Of a stretch of DNA of 64,000 nucleotides, positions 55,973-64,000 are shown one piece after another. The stretch is from contig OZ024740.1 in assembly GCA_964016885.1 (NCBI GenBank), positions 163,308,001 through 163,372,000 on the forward strand, read 5' to 3'. This stretch comes from Eledone cirrhosa. Lineage: Eukaryota. Position 1 is the first letter of the stretch; the number at the start of each line of letters is the position of its first letter. Position numbers and translations under genes: made by a program. The notes under the pieces were generated by a model that ran no database searches, was not told the DNA's origin, and saw nothing but the letters and a program-made list of their open reading frames with translations.

Positions 55973-57694
55973 GGGGGGGGGGGGTGAACATGTCCATGTG
56001 TCTGTGAGAGCGACTTTGAAAACAATACGTCAATTTTTAAAATTACTTTAACACTTTATTTGCTTTTATATTAAAAATAAAATCTAACATGAGAAAAGAA
56101 GCAATAAATTATTGATCAATTGGTTATCAATAAAAACAAAAAACAAAAAGAAAAAATATCGGGGATCTCATACGATCCGATCTTCTTTCGCGACAAAGAA
56201 ATTTATAATTATCCGCCATTATGACACATTGAATATTTTTTTTATCTGTCGAATTAAATAAGTTGGCTTCAGCTTTCTCAATGAAGGGCTAATAAATAAT
56301 CGATATTGCATTGACAATTTCTTTGTTTTGATTTTGATCGATACAGAGAAAAAAACTAATGTATTCGATCCAAAAGATTTTCTTCATAATCATATGATCT
56401 AAAACCATTGTAAAGTACTATTCAAAATAATGATAGTATCTATAAACGTAATATGTAAGGAGTGAGAGCTAAGATGATTGGTAAATGGCTGAGGAGAAGA
56501 AGAGGGAGATATATCTTAAATGTAAGTGAGGAAAATAAGATGAAATAAATAGAGAGAGAAAGAGGTGAAACGGAGTAAAAAGAGAAGTATTATATCGGCC
56601 AACGTATTTCTACCTGATATAAGCATCTTAAATAAGAGAAAAAAGTAATTTCCTTCCTGAAACATCCTGTTGGGCTCCAGTGAGGCCGTCAAAATTTATG
56701 GATTTTATTTCCATAGCATAAAATATTTCATTGGGAAATCGAATAAATATAAAAATAGAATAATAAATTTAAAAATACTAAAATTAAAGAGAGGTAACTC
56801 TTACATTTTAAACAAGAAGCATATATGTATTCTGAAACTACTTGAATTTGGTGGTGGTGGTCGTGGGGCTAGTTTGGGTATTATTTTGTATTTGATCAAT
56901 TAAAGGGAGGCATTTGTTGTAAACATAGTAGGTAGGAATTTTTATTCTCATTTGATCGCTGTGTTTATAGTTTGAACACTTATTTAAGACGATCAATTTG
57001 CAGAAGTCTTAGAGCGTCGGATAAAATACTTATATTAGTCATTCTGGTTCTCTGCGCTGTGATTTCAAATACCGCTGAGATCATATTTTACTTTTCTACC
57101 TTTTGGGTCTATAAACAAAATATCAGTCCAGTAATAAGGTTTATTTTTCTCTTTTCTTCTCTCTTATTCTCCGGGGCAAATCGGGTGTGGTCAAACAAGC
57201 ATAGCAAGACCATGAGCTTATCGTCGACGACCGAAGAATTGCAACTACTCCCAACCTGTATTATACCTTCTCAGTGACGGAACTGCAGAAGTGGCAGTAT
57301 TTCATTTTCGCAAACGCACACGACCACGATACTCTGATTGTTAAAATAAAACGTTACAGTGTGTCTGTGGCTCCAGGAAGTCAGTGCCCTGGCCTGTCCT
57401 GGATGGGTGTCAGGGTGAAAAGCGATGAAGGAAAATTATGGATTCATAAAGTAATTAGTGATAAATGCTAATGCGACAAGAGAGCTTCTCTCAAATTTTT
57501 GAAAGCAATAAACTAGCAACAAAGCAAAGCAAGATAACCAGAGGACTACAAACGCCGCAGGTTTCAAGTAAAGGTATCCTTCTCTCATGTATGTATATAT
57601 ATATATATATATGCGTGTAGATCCCGGGTTAAATCGAGGATAACCACAGTAAGTAAGGTACTCAATACATAGCAGAGTAAAAGTAATTTAATAT

Positions 57695-57803
57695 AGAAAT
57701 GGCTTCTACAAGACTAGAACTGTTTCATTCGGAGGAAATCATCAGAAAGGGCTTTCTGATGATTTCCTCCGAATGAAACAGTTCTAGTCCTGTAGAAGCC
57801 ATT

Positions 57804-57806
<3 letters not shown>
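57695..57806. repeat. 55-bp-arm palindrome consisting almost entirely of a hammerhead
   Basis: 57695-57749 vs 57752-57806, one mismatch. Confidence 0.95.
57750..57800 (+). ncRNA. Type I hammerhead with a full stem III (mirror copy on minus strand 57701-57751)
   Basis: GGCUUU-CUGAUGA-UUUC cucc GAAU-GAA-ACAG uucuaguc CUGU-A-GAAGCC. Confidence 0.85.
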
Positions 57807-57843
<37 letters not shown>

Positions 57844-58109
57844 AGAGAGTTTTGATGAGTTTTGTTTTCTAAATATCACTTTTCTCACCAAGTTAGATTG
57901 TCGAAGATGCCAGTTTAGTCAACAACCATGCAATAGATAGCAATGAGTTGTACGTTAGTGGAAGCTCTCTAAAGCGACCTGACATAGGAAAGGAAAATTG
58001 AAAGTCGATTGGTATTAGGATCGAACCCACAGCATTTGCATTGTTAGCACGAGCTATAATCAGCCAAAGTAACCGCCCCTTCATAATACATACACATACG
58101 TGTTTGTAC

Positions 58110-58148
<39 letters not shown>

Positions 58149-58188
58149 TTATATATATATATATAGTTATATATATATATATATATAG

Positions 58189-58223
<35 letters not shown>

Positions 58224-58236
58224 TATATATATATAG

Positions 58237-58273
<37 letters not shown>

Positions 58274-58350
58274 TATATATATATATATATATATATAGTT
58301 ATATATATATATATATATATATAGTTATATATATATATATATATATATAG

Positions 58351-58412
<62 letters not shown>

Positions 58413-58603
58413 TTGGGATTGAACTACTTTTTCCATTGTTATGAACGAACTCTACTCTAAATCATATGTACCATTAAATCTACCACTGCTGGTGCAATGA
58501 CTCAACTATCAGCTATTGTTGGTTGTGTAACACCGCTTCTATTAAAAATCAATATATTATATATTGATCTTATGAATCTCACTGGTATTATTTTATAACA
58601 AAT

Positions 58604-58760
58604 AGGCAGCGAATTGACAGTCGTTAGAACGTCGACTACAATACTTTATGATATTCATTCCAGATCTCTGTTCTCTGATTTCAAATCCCGCCGAAGTCAA
58701 CTTTGCCTTTCATCTGTCGAGGTCGCTAAAAAAAAATACGTCTAGTACTGGTGTCGATTC
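58604..58760 (+). mobile_element. Nin/Deu-core tRNA SINE (another copy at 59505-59635, minus strand)
   Basis: TTCAAATCCCGCCGAAGTCAACTTTGCCTTTCATC. Confidence 0.75.
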
Positions 58761-59246
58761 TTCCTCTATATCTCTTTCTCATTTCCTCTCTATCACTTTC
58801 TATCTTTCTCTGGAATAAATTTGCTGTACTCAGGCCTGGAGAGTGATGGGTTCCTCCAAGCTGAAAATACCGAAGAAACGCTGTATGTCAATACATTGCC
58901 CCTACGATTCTATCAGGAGTTACGAGACCTTATATATCATAATCGAATTACGTTGACCACATTAATATATCGTTGTGAGCCATACATACATACAACAAAT
59001 ATTGAACGACAATGTATTAACTAGTTGAGAGCAATGATTTGGCGGAAATGTCAGATCATCGAACAAATGTACTTCAGCGTTCAAATTTTGCTGCTGCCAG
59101 AGGCGCATTTCCTCACCCCTTCAACTTTAAAACAAGTATCAGTTGTTGTAATTGTTGTTGTGCGGTACCAGGTTAACCCAGATCATGCAAATCTATGATC
59201 ACAGGCATTTCAGCTGTGATCATCACATTTTTCCTCTGTAAAGGCA

Positions 59247-59277
<31 letters not shown>

Positions 59278-59879
59278 CTTCTTCTTCTTCTTCTTCTTCT
59301 CGTGGCTGTTGCTACTCATTTTAGCAAACTTTCAACAAGATTGTATCTCACAGGAGGCTTCTTGGGTGTTTTAATGGTAGGGTCCCATTCCTAAAATGAC
59401 TCTATTTTCCGGCTATAAGGGCGGAATTTGAATTCAGATCCCACAAAGGTATCACCTATTCGACGGTCTTATAATTCTGCCAATCCATTGCCCTGGATCA
59501 CTACTTTATTTATCGACCACGAAAAGTTGATAATTAAAGTTGAACTCGACGCGATTTGAACTCAGGATGCAGAGTTGGAACCAATACCGCAAGCCATTTA
59601 ATCCAACGCTCTAACGACTCTGCCAATTCCCCGCCACGTCGAGTAATGAAGGAATATATAATCGACTCCATCCCTCTCCAAAATTGAGAAATCGATACCA
59701 TAATAGCTTTAAAATTAGCTTCTAACATTCTTCTGTGCGTTTATTCGTTTTTTGAGCATGCGTGTGCATGTGCATGTGTATGTGTGTACGTGTGTCTGCA
59801 TATGGTACGCTTGTATGTGTGTGTTTATGTGTGCGTGTGAAAACTGTTTGCAGTCCTAGGGAGCCATTGCAATACATTA

Positions 59880-60700
59880 GAATTTCTTTCTAGATACCGT
59901 TGCTTCGTGTCATATCTCGTTTGATGACTTTATTAGAGTAATGATGTTAAAATAAACAATTAGTTATTTCCATCAATAGGAATTTCCTCCACAAATTATA
60001 TAACTAACAGGAGAGTTACCAACGTAATGGAAAAAAGCTGAATAATTTTGGAAATTCAAGTAAATTTTCAGATTGAAATTTTCTCCTTCAGATACAATGA
60101 TATTAAAGATTGAATCACTGAACTGTTGAAATCGATTTGAGAAATTTATTACATATTAGTTACTTCATCATATAAATAAAATATCCCTCCTTCTTTCTTT
60201 CCAAAATGGCTGACTGAATACACACATGCATTGTTGATGGGGCAATTAGGAAGTTTGCACATATTGCTGTATGAGGGTCCCGAGTGTGCCAGCTGTATAT
60301 TCAGAACGAAGAAGTGTATATGAGAGCGTATGTGATCTATAAGATCACACGTAAAAAATGTAGCTCCTCGTACATTGGATGTACCATCCGGATGCTGCAC
60401 ATATGGATCAAGGAGCACATGACGACAAGAGCTTGACAGATGCCACAGCCAAGATATTGAAGTCATCATAGAGGCAGCAGAAAGGAATATAGGCAATTAA
60501 AGAATCAAAGAGGCCATTATTATTAACAGGAAAACCCCACAAATGAGTAATAGATCGCAAATGCACGAGGCATGCATATTACAGACACACAAGCCATTTA
60601 AGGAAGAAAACACCGATAGTTCGTTTTGTTTTGAACTGTTTCAGCTTCACATTTGAAAAGAAGCCCTGAAATATCATGTTGAAATGTACTGCGTCAAACA
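59880..60700 (+). mobile_element. Second PLE, decayed GIY-YIG 3' fragment
   Basis: Plus-strand translation YVIYKITRKKCSSSYIGCTIRMLHIWIKEH...LRIKEAIIINRKTPQMSNR. Confidence 0.75.
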
Positions 60701-60837
60701 TTACTGTTTTGTTTTATTTATCATCATTTGCCTTTTGTATATTTCTACCACATTGTACCGGCTTTTTGAAAATTATCGCTCTTTTATGATACATTCTCAC
60801 AATGATTCGTATTAACTACACTATACATGTGTGTGTG

Positions 60838-60934
<97 letters not shown>

Positions 60935-61439
60935 TTGTGTGTGTTTGTGTGTGTTTGTGTGTGTTTGTGTTTGTGTGTGTGGAAAAAAACAACAGAAAAA
61001 CAGCTTGTCCCATCTCCTCAGTCAACCTCTGGAAATTATTACGGTTTCGGTATTTAAAGGTTGATGCCAATTCATTCCAGTGCACATTGGAACGTAACAA
61101 AACGGATACAGACAAATACGGAACAATTTATACCTAATTGAGAAGATAGATAGCTGGATTAGATAGATAGATGTTTTTATTGCCCGAACTCCCATATGTG
61201 CATATATGTAAGTATAAATATATGTGCATGTAAACAAATGTCTGTCCGTATGTATATACAAATATGTCTGTATATACGTATATATAAATATATGTTCACG
61301 GCAAAAACAAACTACTGATGTTTATTATTATTTCTTTATTTTTTGCGCTGGCATTCACTATTGTACGCATCTGCGTACTTACGACTTCCTGTTGCACGGA
61401 GTATTTGTCACCTGACAGTCATGTTTTATTATTAGTAGA

Positions 61440-61496
61440 TAAGGGCGATGTCGTTTTCTCCCTTCTTTCTATCACACATACACACACACACACACA

Positions 61497-61554
<58 letters not shown>

Positions 61555-61948
61555 CAAATGACATTCCCTTTCTCTCTTTATGTATGTATTAACATCTCTT
61601 TCGCTTGGCGCTCCCCCTCTCTCTATAAATATATGAGGGCTCACACACACACACACACACGCCCTTTCTCTCTCTCTCTAAACAAATGGCATTTCTTGTC
61701 GCTCTCTATATACATCTCTTTTGCTTGACGCTCCCCCTCTCTCTACATATGAATGAATGAGAGTGACGTCGTAACCGTCTGTCTACCTACCTCTTTCTGT
61801 CACCTCTAAAACACACAGCGTCCCCTTTCTCTCTTTATGTCCATATCTCTCTCTTGCCCCCCCCCCCCCCCCCCACCCAACCTATATAAAGTGAGCATGA
61901 CTGAAGGACGGACGGACAGACAGGCAACGCTCTTATTATAATATAGAT
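61440..61948 (-). mobile_element. Helitron/DINE-like non-autonomous element 5' part with an internal ~125-bp duplication
   Basis: Minus strand starts TCTATATTATAATAAGAG...(GTCY)n; duplicated AAACAAATG.CATT..CATCTCTTT.GCTTG.CGCTCCCCCTCT. Confidence 0.5.
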
Positions 61949-62121
61949 TTAAAATTGTCTTGAATTTTTAAGGTTTTTACATCACAGATTCAGTATCTGT
62001 AAAAAGAATATATATGTATATATATATATATATATATATACAAAAAGTTATGAAACGAAAGGAGCTGTGTGGTTACTAAAAACAAGGTTTATGATGGTGG
62101 TTAGGAGGGAACAGGAGGGAA

Positions 62122-62420
62122 AGGAAGAAAGGAGTTTCCATCGTCAGCTGTAAATGTATCCCGAACCGATGTTTCGGCGCTGAATTACAGGGCATCGGTG
62201 TAGTTCGGGTGCGCCCGAGGTCTTTTATTAACCAAACCTTTCCCTCTCTTTTCTTTTTCTCTCTCCCTTTTTTTCTCTCTTTCTCTCTCCTTTTCCACCT
62301 GGCCTTTTGATTAATAAAAGGCCTCGGGCGCACCCGAACTACACCGATGTCCTGTAATTCAGCGCCGAAACATCGGTTCGGGATACATTTACAGCTGACG
62401 ATGGAAACTCCTTTCTTCCT
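62122..62420. repeat. 110-bp inverted repeat next to (TA)n
   Basis: 62122-62231 vs 62311-62420, two mismatches. Confidence 0.95.
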
Positions 62421-62529
62421 ATATATATATACAAGCCAGTATTGCCCCAAGAAAAATAAAACGTCAGCGTGTAGAGATTATGAATTTATTTGCTTTGACA
62501 TATGTTCCTGTGTCTATTATAAATTGTCT

Positions 62530-62579
<50 letters not shown>

Positions 62580-62730
62580 CAAAAGGATATTTAATTTGTT
62601 TGTAATTCAACAAATGTATATATTTATAACTAATTCGAAGCACTCGACAGATTTTCTGGAGTATAATATCAATGATATTAATAAATGGAATGATATTAAT
62701 AAATGGAAACTATATTTATAAAACCATATT

Positions 62731-62791
62731 TATTCTATTATATATATTTCAAGGGTAACAAAACTTTGGTACGCTCTCATCAGATAAAATA
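62731..62791 (-). ncRNA. Minimal type I hammerhead ribozyme
   Basis: UAUUUUAU-CUGAUGA-GAGCGUACCAAA gu UUUGUUACCCUU-GAAA-UAUAUA-UA-AUAGAAUA; 8-bp stem I. Confidence 0.82.
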
Positions 62792-63403
62792 CAAAGTTTG
62801 TTTTATAAATATTGACATATCCAGGAACGAGATCTTAACAGTTCAGGTTTTACCTGGATAGTAAAAGGAAAAAGGGGAAGAGAGGAAAAAAACAAATGTT
62901 TCAAATTATTAAGATGAATATGCAAATGAGGTTGAGGTATAGGGCTGGAAAAAAAACGTTATTTTTAGACGCTAGGTAGATTTAAATAATTATTAGGATA
63001 TATATAAGTATGTATAGGAAGAAGAAAGAGAAAGAAAGAAAAGCTTGTATTTACGTGAATTTAAAAAGATTGAAATGTTAAGAATTAACAGTTTATTGGG
63101 TTGGTGGAATATGATTCCAGAATTTAAAAAATATTTAGCTAAATTATGAGTTATAATATTATATATATAATCAATTAGATTATATGAAGAATTATGGTTG
63201 TAAGTACATTTTATCTTATATTGCAACAGGTTGTAAGTATATAAATATCTATATAGATTAATAAGTGTATACATATAAGTATTATTGGTGATTATATAGA
63301 TATAAAAACACACTTATTAGTTTGTTTATATTTCTAATATGAGTTACGAAGGATGTTGATTTTACATTTTACATATATATTTAAGAAAAAGACGTAGTTC
63401 AAA

Positions 63404-64000
63404 TCTTCTTCTTTTCCTATCTTCGAAGCATGTGGTTATATGACAGTTTCCCATTTCTTTACACAGTCCTTTGCATTATTATTAAATTCTTCGAGATCTT
63501 TTAAGCTGCACTGGTTGGGTAGTAGAAGGCAAACAAGGCAGTGCTGCATCGTATGATCCTGCTCTCCACATTTGCAGATGGTTGGGCCCAGGTCTTGTAG
63601 CCCCATCTGGCCATAGCAGCTTTTGATCATCGCCCCATTCCTGTTCTCAGGCGGTTGAGTGTCTTCCACTGGACCCATAGTGCTTCTGAGCCAGGAGGGA
63701 GGGCTTCAGAAGGGGGGGATTCCCATGTCAATAGGAGGGGAGTCATTCTCTAGCTTTCTAGTCCATAGCTGTAGTCTAGTTTGTTCCTGAGATGTTGTTA
63801 GGGGCTGGACATGGCTGAGGAAGCTTCTCCTTGACTTCAGTCGTTGGGCCGGACGTGAAGGAGGTGGCGTTCAGCACTGATAGCCTTTATGATCTCTACT
63901 CGGCTGGCAGCTTCCCGTCTCACATCTGCAGGGGCAATGCCACCGAGGAGATGCAGGTTGTTCGGGTTAGTAGGCTTCAGGCAACCAGTGATCAAACGGC
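63404..64000 (-). mobile_element. Vingi/Ingi-like LINE 3' fragment
   Basis: LITGCLKPT..LHLLGGIAPADVRR...RLKSRRSFL...CKCGEQDHTMQHCLVC; short (AAG)n tail. Confidence 0.75.

Overview
This is a repeat-dominated, AT-rich animal genomic window with one N-gap (13029-13228). The SINE families and microsatellite load suggest a cephalopod such as Octopus, which is an inference. No host protein-coding exon is recognisable. It holds decayed LINEs of at least six clades (RTE, Tx1/L1, R4/Dong x3, CR1/Jockey-like, CRE, Vingi/Ingi), a Penelope-like element (PLE) with RT plus C-terminal GIY-YIG, a Charlie/Buster hAT with an intact 8-bp TSD, Helitron pieces, MITEs, many tRNA-derived SINEs and minisatellites. 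Two signals stand out that the ORF track does not show. (1) There are about 8 well-formed and about 6 decayed type I hammerhead ribozyme (HHR) motifs. Most are the minimal form with a palindromic stem-III loop, and many sit inside foldback cassettes embedded in (TA)n tracts. They include a compensatory U3-A8 core variant. (2) A compact ~4 kb cassette (27250-31160) lies directly upstream of the PLE RT. It carries a three-exon SGNH/GDSL hydrolase gene with 55- and 57-nt GT-AG introns, a convergent 119-aa orphan ORF, a third gene remnant inside an inverted repeat, and an iterated-motif promoter region. This may be a cargo-carrying, Terminon-like giant PLE or a piece of another large mobile element. 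All structures were read by eye; no searches or folding programs were run.
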